DNA from: the human T2T-CHM13v2.0 reference genome, Homo sapiens
Strand: one strand, 5' to 3'
NCBI RefSeq assembly: GCF_009914755.1
Contig: NC_060929.1
DNA: 64,000 nucleotides
In this document: positions 25,741-38,369 of the stretch, piece after piece
How the letters are laid out: every line of letters starts with the position of its first letter
How positions within the stretch are numbered: position 1 is the stretch's first letter
Translations under genes and position numbers: made by a program
Notes under the pieces: generated by a model
Database searches by the model: none
Seen by the model: the letters and a program-made list of their open reading frames with translations, nothing else
Told to the model about the DNA's origin: nothing

Positions 25741-27545
25741 GGAAGGGCAAAAAAATGCCTGCCCAGTCCAAATCTGGCTAAAAGACACTATCGCTTTTCC
25801 TTATCAAAGGCAATATCCCTTAAGGCCTAAAGCTCATAAAGGATTGCAGGATACTTTAAACATTTAAAAGCTCAAGGCTTAGTAAGGAAATGCAGCAGTC
25901 CCTGCAACACCCCAATTCTAGGAGTACAAAAACTGAGCGGTCAGTGGAGACTAGTGCAAGATCTTAGACTCATCAATGAGGCAGTAATTCCTCTAAATCC
26001 AGTTGTACCCAACCCCTATACCCTGCTCTGTCAAATACCAGAGAAAGTAGAATGGTTCATGGTTCTGGACCTCAAGGATGCCTTCTTCTGTATTCCCCTG
26101 CACTCTGACTCCCAGTTTCTCTTTGCCTTTGAGGATCCCACAGACTGCATGCCCCAACTTACATGGATGGTCTTACCCCAAGGGTTTAGGGATAGCCCTC
26201 ACCTGTTTGGTCAGGCACTGGCCCAGGATCTAGGCCACTTCTCAAGTCCAGGCACTCTGGTCCTTCAGTATGTGGATGATTTACTTTTGGCTACCAGTTC
26301 AGAAGCCTCATGCCAGCAGGCTACTCTAGATTTCTTGAACTTTCTAGCTAATCAAGGGTACAAGGTGTCTAGGTTGAAGGCCCAGCTTGGCCTATAGCAG
26401 GTCAAATATCTAGGCCTAATATTAGCCAGAGGGACCAGGGCCCTCAGCAAGGAACGAATACAGCCTATACTGGCTTATCCTCACCCTAAGATATTAAAAC
26501 AGTTTCAGGGGATCCTTGGAATCACCGGCTTTTGCCGACTATGGATCCCTGGATACAGCAAGAGAGTCAGGCCCCTCTATATTTGAATCAAGGAAACCCA
26601 GAGGGCAAATACTCATCTAGTAGAATGGGAACCAGAGGTGGAAACAGCCTTCAAAACATTAAAGCAGGCCCTAGTACAAGCTCCAGCTTTAAGCCTTCCG
26701 ACAGGACAAAACTTCTCTGTATACATCACAGAGAGAGCAGGGATAGCTCTTGGAGTCCTTACACAGACTCGTGGGACAACCCCACAATCAGTGGCATACC
26801 TAAGTAAGTAAATTGATGTAGTAGCAAAAGGCTGGCCTCACTGTTTAAGGGTAGTTGCAGCAGTGGCCGTCTTAGTGTCAGAGGCTATCAAAATAATACA
26901 AGGAAAGGATCTCACTGTCTGGACTACTCTATAAATGGCTTACTAGCTGCCAAAGGAAGTTTATGGCTATCAGACAACCACCTGCTTGGATACCAGGTGC
27001 TACTCCTTGAGGGACCGGTGCTTCAAATACACACATGTGTGGCCCTCAGCCCTGCCACTTTTCTCCCAGAGGATGGGGAACCAATCGAGCATGACTGCCA
27101 ATAAATTATAGTCCAGACTTATGCCGCCCAAGATGATCTCTTAGAAGTCCCCTTAGCTAATCCTGACCTTAATCCTGACCTTTCACCAATGGAAATTCAT
27201 TTGTGAAACATGGGATACAAAGGGCAGGTTATGCCATAGTTAGTGATGTAACCATACTTGAAAGTAAGCTTCTTCCCCCAGGGACCAGTGCACAGTTAGC
27301 AGAACTAGTGGCACTTAGCTGAGCCTTAGAACTGGGAAATGGAAGAAGAATAAATGTGTATACAGATAGCAAGTATGCTTATCTAATCCTACATGCCCAT
27401 GCTGCAATATGGAAAGAAAGGGAGTTCCTAACCTCTGGGGAACCCCCATTGAGTATCACAAGGAAACCATGGAGTTATTGCATGCAATGCAAAAACCCAA
27501 GGAGGTGGCAGTCTTACACTGCTGAAGCCATCAAAAGGAGAGCGA
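25741..27545 (+). pseudogene. pol: HERV9 pol remnant (RT and RNase H; integrase absent)
   Basis: QDLRLIN, LDLKDAFF, LPQGFRDSP, QYVDDLLL; RNase H YTDSKY; stop at 26395-26397 and frameshifts. Confidence 0.93.
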
Positions 27546-27589
27546 GAGGGGAGAACAGCAGCATAAGTGGCTGGCAGAGGCAGGGAAAG

Positions 27590-27815
27590 ATCAGCAGAAA
27601 GGAAAGAGAGAAAGAGACAGAAAGTCAGAGAAAGAGAGAGAGAGGAAGAAACAGAGACAAAGAGAAGGAGACAGAGGAAGAGACAGAGAGACAGAAAGTC
27701 AGAAGGAAAGAGAGGAAGAGAAAAAAGGGGAGTCAGAGAGAAAGTCAGAGAGAAAGAGAGAGACAGACAAACAAGGAGTCAAAGAAAGAGAGAAAGAGAA
27801 GCAGTAAAGAAAAAA
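27590..27815. repeat. GA-rich low-complexity polypurine tract inside HERV9
   Basis: GAGAGAAAGAGACAGAAAGTCAGAGA-type imperfect repeats, very few pyrimidines. Confidence 0.9.
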
Positions 27816-27844
27816 GTGTACCCTATTCCTTTAAAAGTCAGGGT

Positions 27845-28460
27845 AAATTTCTGTCTACCTCGCCAAGGCATATTCTTCTTACATGGAATCTCAACCGATA
27901 TCTGTCTCTCAGACAGTTTACAAGAAATAATGAGATCTATCCTTACTCTACAATCCCAAATAGATTCTTTGGCAGCAGCAACTATCCAAAACCGCCTAGG
28001 CCTAGACTTCCTCACAGCTGAGAAAGGAGGACTCTGCACCTTCTTAGGGGAAGAGTGTTGTTTTTACACTGACCAGTCAGGGATACTATGAGACGCTGCC
28101 CGGCATTTACAGGAAAAGGCTTCTGAAATCAGACAACGCCTTTCAAACTCTTATACCAACCTCTGGAGTTGGGCAACATGGCTTCTCCCCTTTCTAGGTC
28201 CCGTGGCAGCCATGTTACTGTTACTCACCTTTGGGCCTTGTATCTTTAACCTTCTTGTTAAATTCATTTCCTCTAGAATCAAGGCCATCAAGCTACAGAT
28301 GGTCTTACAAATGGAACCCCAAATGAGTTCAACTAACAACTTCTACCGAGGACCCCTGGACCAACCCACGTGCCCTTCCACTGGCTTAAAGAGTTGCCCT
28401 CTGGAGGACATTACTACTGCAGGGCCCCTTCTTTGCCCTTATCCAGCAGGAAGTAGTTAA
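27845..28460 (+). pseudogene. env: HERV9 env remnant (short SU piece plus TM)
   Basis: CLPRQGIFFL; immunosuppressive domain IQNRLGLDFLTAEKGGL; CX6CC motif CTFLGEECC; stop at 28089-28091; C-terminus LLTFGPCIFNLLVKF...PAGSS. Confidence 0.92.
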
Positions 28461-28516
28461 GTGGTCATTGGCCAAATTCCCAACAGCAGTTGGGTTGTCC
28501 TGTTTAGAGGGGTGAC

Positions 28517-29196
28517 TGAGACATGAAGCTGGCTGAGCTTCTGGGTCAGGTGGGGACTTGGAGAACTTTTCTGTCTAGCTAAAGAATTGTAAATGCACCA
28601 ATCAGCACTCTGTGTCTAGCTAAAGGTTTGTAAACACTCCAATCAGCACTCTGTCAAAACGAACCAATCAGCACTCTGTAAAATGGACCAATCAACTCTC
28701 TGTAAAATGTACCAATCAGCAGGATGTGGGTGGGGCTAAATAAGGGAATAAAAGTAAGCCACCCAAGCCAGCAGCAGCAACCCGCTGGGGTCCCCTTCCA
28801 TGCTGTGGAAGCGTTGTTCTTTCACTCTTCACAATAACTCTTGCTGCTGCTCACTCTTTGGGTCCGTTCCACCTTTATGAGCTGTAACACTCACTGCGAA
28901 GGTCTGCAGCTTCACTCCTGAAGCCAGCGAGACCATGAACCCACCAGGAGGAATGAACAACTCCAGACGTGCCACCTTGAAGAGTTGTAACACTCACTGC
29001 AAAGGTCTGCAGCTTCACTCCTGAAGTCAGCCCGAGACCACAAACCCACCAGAAGGAATAAACTCCAGACACGTCCAAACATCAGAAGGAACAAACTCCA
29101 CACACGCCATCTTTAAGAACTGTACCACTCATCACGAGGGTCCGCGGCTTCATTCTTGAAGTCAGTGAGACTAAGAACCCACCAATTCCTGTCACA
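28517..29196 (+). promoter_or_regulatory. 3' LTR12 with five CCAAT boxes
   Basis: Homologous to 22419-23127; TG...CA termini. Confidence 0.85.
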
Positions 29197-31399
29197 TTAA
29201 TAGGACACATAACTTTGAAATATGAAATAGAGATTTATAAGCCTAGAGGTTGAATGGATTAGCTTGAAATTTATTTTTTTCTGTCATTGACATGGAACCA
29301 TTTCTAAGAAAAATAGATACTTGAAGCTTATGGATAGGACAGGAATATAAAAATTTATATTTCTAGCTTCTGGAGTATGTATTAGATTTTAAAGCTGAGA
29401 GGCTTTAGTGCAACGGGAAGAGTGCCACACTCTTCAGGTAAATGTAGCTTGAAGATGTGGCCCCTGGGGCATAGTCCTTGCAAAAAAAGATGCCTCTTTC
29501 ACATCTTGAAAAGACATTCTAAATATTCAGAGAGGCCAAAGATGTGAAAAGAACAGAAACAAAATAGATTATCTGTGCCACCATCATATCTACTGCTCTT
29601 AGTAACTTGAAACACAAATTTTGTCTAACTACAAAACACATAGCTGAGCAAGTCTTGCTTTTCTTTTTCTGACTTTCTTTAAAATTGTGTTAGAAGAAAA
29701 CATCTCTTACTATGTAACAGAATGTCCTCTAATGGAGCCTGGTGGAAAAACGAAACCTGGTGGAAAGATGCTGAAGAATATAAATAGTATTTATTTGACT
29801 TAGAAAAATTAATATATGGTCCCCAATAAGTTTAAAAGTAATAGAGCATAAATAGGAGAAGAAAATGTCAGTGCCTTCTTTATTTTGCAAGTGAGGATAC
29901 ATATTAAGTATGTATTGAGATCTCAAAAAACTTGATTTCCTGAGAACATCAGAAATGTAAACAAATAATGTAAAGCATGATGAAAATACATGATGTAATT
30001 GATTGAAAATAAATCAGTGTTGTAATTTGCTAACATTGCACTTGTATTTTATAGGGAAAATATCTCTTTATCCATGATGGCAATCATCAAATGTCCTTAC
30101 TCATTAATGATAAAGTATATATTGGCGTATGTATACATGGAAAGCAGGCTCTTGATGAATTGCATGTTCAATATATTGAAAGTAGATAAATACAGTGATT
30201 TAAAAAAATGAAAAAATTTTCTAGATTACCAAACTGTAAGTTCTAAGGAACACTGAGAAGTCATTATATAACCCCTGCCTTTGGATTGGATGATACTTAA
30301 AATAGTCTTACAGAGTGACAATCCTGTTATAGTTCCACAATTACTGAAGCAGATATCATAATTCCCATCAATCAGAAAATCCTCCATGTTCTAATGAGTT
30401 ATGAACAGGACATGTGCATAAAGCCATTTCTTCTTAAAGATAATCATATAATTTCTGTCCCAAAGTAAAATAATATTAATGAATAATGATAATACAATTT
30501 TATTTCTTATAAAATTTTTCCATATACTTGTTAGGTTTATTTTATCCTCATAAAAGCCCAGCATGGCAATTACACTTTCCTTGTTTTACATTTGGAATGC
30601 CCAACAGTTGGTGAGGGCTTAAGTCATTGGCTTTGGAGACAAAGGGAGGATAGGTTAATCACATACTTGCCCATGAGAAATAATAAGGAGTCTTCTATTC
30701 CAGTTGTGGAATGGTGTTTGGCAACACTGGTTCCTAATTCTCCTAGGATGAATTATTTTAAGATAGAAAATATAATTTTTGTTTTTAAGTAGGTAGCCCG
30801 TTATGTAACTGACATTATCCTAGGTATTTTACATGTTACGCTATTCCTTTACGCAGTGATCCTTCCCTGTGATTAAAGCAAGTTGATATAATTTCAATAA
30901 TACTTGTGCCCCTGAAATCGCAAATGAGAGGTTAGATACAGCCAATGCCTAAAACACATAGGTTTGAGGCATAGATAATTTGATGAACAAAAGCTTTTAA
31001 AGAGATTGCAAATCCAGTGGCTTGCAGCTGTGCACAAGTTTACTATGAGACTATGTAAAAACACCAAAATAATTCATTTCCACAATGTTCTCTTTATCTG
31101 AATTTGCTTTCATGTTTCAGAGAAGGCAATTAACACAGAGATACAGAAATTGCCTGTGAGTTGGCAGCTATCCTATCCTTTGAGCCAATTAATTGTTGCT
31201 GTTTTCTTTAAGGCATTTGATTAAGATTCATCCTTCACAAACATCAAGTTGGAACAGCCACTTTATTTGTATCCAAGTCATCCATTCAAAGAGGCACTTG
31301 AGATGGAGAGGATTTATTCTTTATTTTTTTATTGTTAGTTAACATGAATTGGTGTCATTGATGTTTAGCTCAAAAGAGATATTTTTTCTTAAATAAAGA

Positions 31400-32765
31400 A
31401 ATGTTATTTTATCACTTTAAATCATGAGTAGGTTTCATTCATAAAATTTTACTACTTAAAAAATAAAAGAAAACCTTAAAGTCCAATGGATAATAAGCCT
31501 CCTAAAGTAGGGGCTGAACTATGAGGGAAAACCAGTAATTGTTTTAATTTGCTGATTAAGCAAAGGCAGTGTATTCCAGTGGGAAAAAGTTAATTGTTGA
31601 GCAATTTTTTAAAAATTTTTGAGATAAACCACCACAACTATGGCAATCTCTGAAACTGACAAAATTTATATAATTTTACAATAGAAATAATTTCAGAATC
31701 CTTTTAGTGCAACTCCTCCCAAATATAGTATATAAACTGAGGGAGCTAGTGTGTTTAGTATAACATCATAGGGTATATGAATTTTCCAAAAGAAATTTTA
31801 AACTATTTTCATTTTGTTGATCACATCTAGTGTAATATAAGCATATTGGGGACTATGAGAGGGCCTTCTATAAAGATCCCTAGTTTCAGTGGTCATATTT
31901 GCATTTCTGTTTTTGATAGTATGCTCAGCCAAGAAATCTTAAATGATATCACAGTGCATGCCATTAATAAATGTAGCATGGAAGATTAAACTGATAAAAT
32001 TAGTAGGAGCACTGAATCTTCATGAGGCACACAAAACAGATATACCACACTAAGCCCATATTTCCAATGCAAACAGGTACCTTGCATGAATTTGGTTTTG
32101 CACGTTATTAACTTGCAACAATTAATTAGCAGTTAAGTATGGAGATGGAAGATACCTCTGACGAAAAATACTTCTGAGTTCAGTAAAATATCAGCTAGAT
32201 ACCATTTAATACATATTTCAATAAATCTACAATGCTTATTACCAAGTAACAGAGAAAGATTTAAAATATTATCAAGTGAAAACTTACTATTACTGCCATT
32301 AGAGAATTGTTTGCTAGCTGAGTTTTAGTTAAGAATGAGAGCTGATAGTCCTATACTAGCCAAAAAAAGCCTTGAAGTTGTTAATGACATTTTGTATATA
32401 ACACTTAAACAATTCCAACAGTGTGCTCTGAATTTGTATAGTTGAAGATAAAATACAGTAACAGACTAAATACAGAAACAAGCCTTGGGCTGTATCTTTT
32501 TGTTTTTGAATTCAACATCAGTCATCTAGCTCCAGAAATAAAACAAATGTATCACATTAATGTTGTAAATTTAAATTTTATTTTGGCATTGGTTAATTTA
32601 GTTGATAAGTTTGCTTTGCTTTTATAGTTTTATTAGAGCTAATCACATAACGAATCTACAAACAATTTTAAATGGAGTATCTTTCATTAATATTAAAATA
32701 CAAGTGATTTTGGTCAACAGCAAGAGTCTGGAAGAAATGTTTTCCTTTTAAAGGCATCTGTAGCT
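31400..32765 (+). mobile_element. hAT-Charlie DNA transposon remnant
   Basis: Peptide KIKYSNRLNTETSLGLYL...KQMYH (32442-) resembles the Charlie transposase C-terminus (KTKYRNRL..E.DLRL.LS...KQ.H). Ends are approximate. Confidence 0.6.
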
Positions 32766-35199
32766 GAGAAAGGCTTGTCTACCAACGATTCATTTGCTCC
32801 CTGTTGTAGAAGGGCTTTCCTACAAACAGAAACATAAAACTGGATTCTTGTGCAAATGATTTAGTGAGGGAGTGATTTCAGGAGAGGGGGAGTGAAAAGA
32901 GAATGATGGAGCGGGGAAGGGGGAGGTAAGCAAGGATGTGGTCTCAGCTGGAGACAAGCTGGAACCAATCTGGTCCACCAGAAGCTATGGAACATGAATT
33001 CCACCATAGTTTTCCCAATGTCAGCAGGGGTTGTAGGCTGGGGTGATTATAGAGGTTCCCATTAAAAGAAGGGAAATGACTGTGAGCCTCTTACAGCTGC
33101 TAAGGCATGGGAACTGGGGATAGGTGTTCCCGTTTAGTATGGTGAATCTGGGCAGAGCAACAATAAGGCCTCTTGTAGTATCCACCTTACAATTCTCAGA
33201 TCCACTTGCCTCTCAAATTGTTAACTCCATCTAGGCACAGATTTTCCAGGTTTATGAAAGGTAAATTTTCTGGGAAAACTTACAAGGAGATTATTTAGAT
33301 AAACTACATCTCTTGCTGCAGCAATTGACTGGTTCTCAGATAGTCATCATCTATCTCCTCTACCTCCCGTTCTCGACTGCCCTCTCCCTTGGCTAGCACC
33401 GCTGCTGGACTAATTGGTTTCCCTTATGGCATCTGAGGCTCTGGTTATCATGCCTTTACCAGTTTATGGTTACTAGAGCTGCTCATTATAGTAAAATTGG
33501 TCATGGAACTACAAAGAATAGTCCAGCGAATTACCTTGCTTGCATTAGATGGCAGTAGCTCTACCTCTTCCTACTGAGCAGGGTCAATTGAGACCCCGTG
33601 CCAGTTGAGAAACTATTTTTTGTCTGATGGCCTACTGTTTTGAGGAGCCCAAAGTAATAAGGAATCAGCCAGAGCTTTATTGGGATTTTCCATGTCTCCT
33701 GATAGAATAATCCACTCTTACAAAACCAGGACAAGCAGAGCCTGAAAGCAGGAGCAAGGAAACAAAAATTTCCTGAGTGGGTGTCTGGGAGGAATGATGA
33801 GTGGAACCACTCTTACTTTCACCCTTTGGATTTCTTGCATTCTACTTACTGTAGATAGCACTACTTAGTGTCTTTGGTTTAGGGTAAATACTTCATCCTG
33901 AAGGATAAGGCATATACTGCATCCTTGCAAAGTGACTTCTTTGAGATGGAGCTTCAATTAAGCACTAAAGACTTCCCACTACCCTATCAAGGCATAAGCT
34001 GCTGAGTGATTTAATATATGGTGGGATCAATAAATAGATCCCATGGCTATATGCTGCCACTGAACATCTTTTGCCATAAATTTTATCTTTATGGCAATGC
34101 TATTTGTGTGAAATCATAGATCAGAAACTCTGAGCCCTTGGAGTGGTGATAGTTGGGCAGTGTGGTCAGGGACTGGCAGTTGATTGACAGTCTGGATGAA
34201 GTATTGCTCCTTGCAATGAAGAAGAGGTTCTGGGTAATCAACTTGCCACCAAATGACTTATGGGTCTCTTTGAAGAATGATACTGTGTTCTCACTGTTGC
34301 TATCTGTTGCTAGCATATTGGACATTCAATGGTGACAGCAGTTGGTCAGCTGTCATGAGAGGGAACCCATGCTGTTTGGGTCCTTACATGGCTTTTACCT
34401 CAACTAGAATTGCTTCTCTGTTCTAGAGCCCATTGCACAAGCAGAGTTGGCAAGAACAGATGCTGGCTACCATCTACTGGCCAAGTCATTTTGTCAACTT
34501 TATAATTTAGTTTCTCTTCCATGATGAATTCCCTCTTGTGAGCAATGACTTATGACACAAAGATCATTATGTATTGTATTCACTTTCACAGTTCCATCCC
34601 AATGCTTCTTTCTCAGACGTCCTTGTCCCTAACTTAATATTTTTACTTTCAGGTCTCTAACCAACCATACAAACTATTTATAATGTTCATGAGTCAATTT
34701 TTACCCTTACTGTAAAATACTTTGTCTTCTCAAAGTAAATGACAAGATGCACTGCTTGAGTTCCTTCCAGTGGAAGATTTTTCACTCATCACTGTCTTCA
34801 GCGCCATCCCTGGGTGGAATGTGGCATAATAGCAGTTCATTTTCAGCTTGTACCCACGTACCAAGACAACCCACCTTTGAACCAACCTCAGGCTTTTTTT
34901 CTGTACTACCAGATCTAAATAAAATCTGTTTGGGGTCCTTTTTTCTTTTATTCTGGTAGGTATGGAAAAGAATGCTTTCTCAGATCAGCGGGCATATACT
35001 ACATAATAAGAATTTGTGTTAATGCGGTCTGGTAAATATATCACAACTGGCATAGCAACTGCAGTTGGGGCTACAGTTGGTTAAACTCCAGTAGTCCTTT
35101 GTTACGTTTTGATCTATAGAATTTTTGCAGGAACTACACTGGTGAAGTAAGTGACGGAAATGATGGGGATCATCACCCCTGCATGTTGGCCTTTCCCAC

Positions 35200-35695
35200 T
35201 GTATTAGTTCACTCTCGCATTGTTTTAAAGAAATATCTGAGACTGAGTAATTTATAAAGAAATGAATTTTAATTGGCTCAAGGTTCTGAAGGATGTACAG
35301 GAAGCATGAGGCTGGCATCTGCTCAGCTTCTAGGGAGGCCTCAGGAAACTTGCAATTATGTTGGAAGGTAAAGAGTGACGAGGCATGTCACATGGCCAGA
35401 GCAGGAAAAAAAGCCGGGGGAGGTGCTAAAAGTGAAGGTGAAGGTAGACCAGCTGAGACTGGATCCATGATTAGCTTTTTCCCCTCCCCACCACCCTTTT
35501 TGCTTCACTTTTAAACAACCAGATCTCATGAGACCTCTCTCACCATCACGAGGACAACACCAATGAGATAGTGCTAAACCATTCATGAGAAATCTGCCCC
35601 CATTATCAAATCACCTCCCACCAGGCCCCCCTCCAACATTGGGAATTACATTTCAACATGAGATTTAAGTAGGGATACACATCAAAACTATGTCA
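35200..35695 (-). mobile_element. MSTA/MSTB-like solo LTR with a ~75-bp foreign insert
   Basis: TGTATTAGTTC...AAAACTATGTCA; TSD CCCAC/CCCAT. Confidence 0.9.
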
Positions 35696-35855
35696 CCCAT
35701 GATAAATGCGATTACTCTATAGGTTATGGCACCAATACGGGAATTCTGCCAATGGTTAAGGGTATTTATGCTGATTATATGTTCAGAAACCAGAAAAATA
35801 ACAGCTGGGTAGAAATATGAAATGGACCTGAACAAGGGCTCTATTGATTATCACA

Positions 35856-36203
35856 GAATTACCTGAGACTGGGTAATTTATAAAGAAAAGAAGTTGAATT
35901 GATGTTACAGTTCCACAGGCTATATGGAAAGCATGGCTGGGAGGCCTCAGAAAAATTACAATCATGGCAGAAGGCAAAGGGGAAACAAGCACATCTTACC
36001 ACGGCAGAGCAGGAGAGAGAGAACCAAGAGGGAAGTGCTACACACTTTTAAACAACCATATCTCATGAGAACTCACTCACTATCATGGGAACAGCAAGGG
36101 GGAAATCCACCTCCATCATCCAATCACCTCCCACAAAGTCCCTCCCCCAATATTGGGAATTACAATTCAACATGAAATTTGGGTACAGAGCCAAACCATA
36201 TCA
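35856..36203 (-). mobile_element. MSTA-like solo LTR, slightly truncated at left
   Basis: ACCTGAGACTGGGTAATTTATAAAG...CAAACCATATCA. Confidence 0.88.
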
Positions 36204-37122
36204 CAGAGTAACATATGTTCTTACTACAGTGGGGGCCATAGTAGTTCCTTGGGCCTTCTGGTTTCAATGTCAAAGTAAATGCTGTATTCAACAGATTTCT
36301 AAAGATCTTAGTATTTGCCTTTCCTAGTACAACTATTCAAGTAAATGATCTTAGGTACCTTTAAATCTCTGCCTTGTCACATAATGTGGAAATTTCATCC
36401 TACTTATGGGTCTTGTGGTCACTAGGAAAGGTGGGAGCAGATGTTGAGAAGGGCAAGCGTTGTCTTATTAGGCACATACCTCAGGTAAAGTCTCTGGAAT
36501 GTCTTCAAACAAGATGAAGGCTTGTATTTTCTAGCAAAAATTAGTGCACACATTCTACGAGCCTAGAGGTTGCAAAAAATCTGAAGGTTCAAGATTTTGG
36601 TGCGTCTATCCAGGTATTCCTACCTCAGGTTTCAACTTCTTCCTTATCAGAGCCCAGAATGCTGCATAGGAGACTTGCATAGCCTGAGAATTCAGCCATC
36701 TTTGATATTCTGACATTCTTATAAGAAGTATTGTGCCTAGTGTTTAGCTCTGTCTTCCCTTGGCTGAAAGAGATGGAATTATCTTTAAATGCTGCCAAAG
36801 AGGCCTCCAATTCTCACATTTTATTTTATATAAATAATTAATTAATAGATCTGAGCTGGCCATTTCCTCTCTTTAATCTATCAGCGGCACTTAGCAGCAT
36901 TGAAATGTTTCCAAAAGTCTTTATAGCTACTATTTCCTCAGTATATCTCAAAAGCCAGATACACCCTTAGGTGAATGCTATTGTACCTGCATTCCACTCC
37001 AATTCACCACAGGTGGAAGCCTTAGTGATTGGATCACTGCAGATGCCAGGGTCTGGCAATTCTCCACCTGCCATTGAGGCTAGGGTGTTAATTACTATAC
37101 AGCTGTCAATGATCTTATCCCC

Positions 37123-37513
37123 TGATATGGTTTGGCTGTGTCCCCACCCAAATCTCATCTTGAATTACAGCTCTTACAATTCTCACACGTTGTGGTGGAG
37201 GGTTGGGGGGAGGGTGGTGGGGAACCCCAGTGGGAGGTAATTGCATCATGGGGTGAGTTTTTCCTGTGCTGTTCTCTTGATAGTAAATAAGTCTCAAGAG
37301 ATCTGATGGTTTCATGAGGAGGAGTTTCCCTGCACAAGCTGTCTCTTTGCCTGCCGTCATCCATGTAAGATGTGACTTACTCTTCCTTGCATTCTGCCAT
37401 GATTGTGAGGCCTCCCCAGCCATGTGGAACTGTGAGTCTGTTAAACCTCTTTCCTGTATAATTACCCAGTCTCAGGTATATCTTTATTAGCAGCGTGAGA
37501 ACAGACTAATACA
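37123..37513 (+). mobile_element. THE1B/C-like solo LTR
   Basis: TGATATGGTTTGGCTGTGTCCCCACCC...ACAGACTAATACA; TSD TCCCC/CCCCC. Confidence 0.92.
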
Positions 37514-38044
37514 CCCCCAGAAGCGCATCCTTAAAGTAAGATTCCTAGGACCAATTACGACACACTCTTTTAGGTTGGGTTCTCCAGATTGAGTTTCCTA
37601 GAAGCAGAGCCTGAGGTAAAGATTTGTGTGCAAGTGATTTACTGATGGAGTACTTCCAGGAAAATCTGGAATGAGAAAAGCTGACAAGGGTAGGTGGGGA
37701 AAGGTAATCAGGGATCCAGTCTCAGCTGGAGTCTACCTTCAGCTTGATTCCACGGGGAACTTGAGCATGACTTTCACCATAGAGTTGGTCTCACTTTGAA
37801 TAAAAGGGCCTGACTTCTGTATGCCAATGTCAGTCAGTCATTGTGTGTTGTCCCTGGGCAATGGGGAAAACCTGCCAGGCAAATCGTTTCCATTTAGCTG
37901 CAGGCAATTCTGAAAAAAGGGGGACAGCTATGAGTTCTTACAACCAACATCTACAGCAGCCAAGGGATGAGCTCACCAGCCTCATAGTGAAATTTAGGAC
38001 AGCAACAGATTCCACCACTTATCCTTATTTTTTTTCTCCCTTTA

Positions 38045-38326
38045 GTTAGACAGAGATATGTGACTATTTCTAGCCTATGAAATGCACATATTTCCAATCT
38101 TTCTATTTCTGCTGCAATAATTAGGAATGTACACGTTACAGTTTTATCTATGAGGTGAAGGAACCTCCATCATCCTGGGTCCTTAAGTGACTATATGGAG
38201 CTCAGACCCATAGAAATCACCGATGGACATGAAACATAAATGAGAAACAAAATCTTGTGTTAATGTTCTAAAGTTTGTAAATAAATTTACTATTGCATTA
38301 TAACTCAGCCTATAATGTCTAACACA
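38045..38326 (+). mobile_element. MLT1J/I-like LTR fragment
   Basis: CCTCCATCATCCTGGGTCCTTAAGTGACTATATGGAGC...TGAGAAACAAA...CTAACACA. Confidence 0.6.
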
Positions 38327-38369
38327 TGGTTTATCTATTAATTAGATTCAAGAAAGATTACCCTGGAAC

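Larger units (their letters stand above)
22419..29196 (+). mobile_element. HERV9 (ERV9) provirus, internally deleted, with two LTR12-family LTRs
   Basis: LTRs 22419-23127 and 28517-29196, perfect 4-bp TSD TTAA, gag/pro/pol/env remnants in order, degenerate Arg-type primer-binding site at ~23130-23148, PPT before 28517. Confidence 0.96.
32802..38020 (-). mobile_element. Ancient LTR16-family ERVL (HERV16/ERV3-16A3-like) provirus, LTRs ~32802-33185 and ~37570-38020
   Basis: Two homologous blocks (TGTGCAA.TGATTTA.TGA.GGAGT; GTCTCAGCTGGAG; CACCATAG) flank decayed internal sequence with a gag-like peptide EASLAAFKDNSISFSQ on the minus strand. Confidence 0.75.

Noticed and set aside
25954-26397. 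Stand-alone reverse transcriptase (retron- or DGR-like system)
   Set aside because: It is a gammaretroviral LPQG/YVDD RT fragment within a defective HERV9 pol, stopped before the thumb and RNase H.
27590-27815. GA tract as a novel insertion
   Set aside because: AG-rich expansions between RNase H and integrase are a known HERV9/HERV-W family trait.
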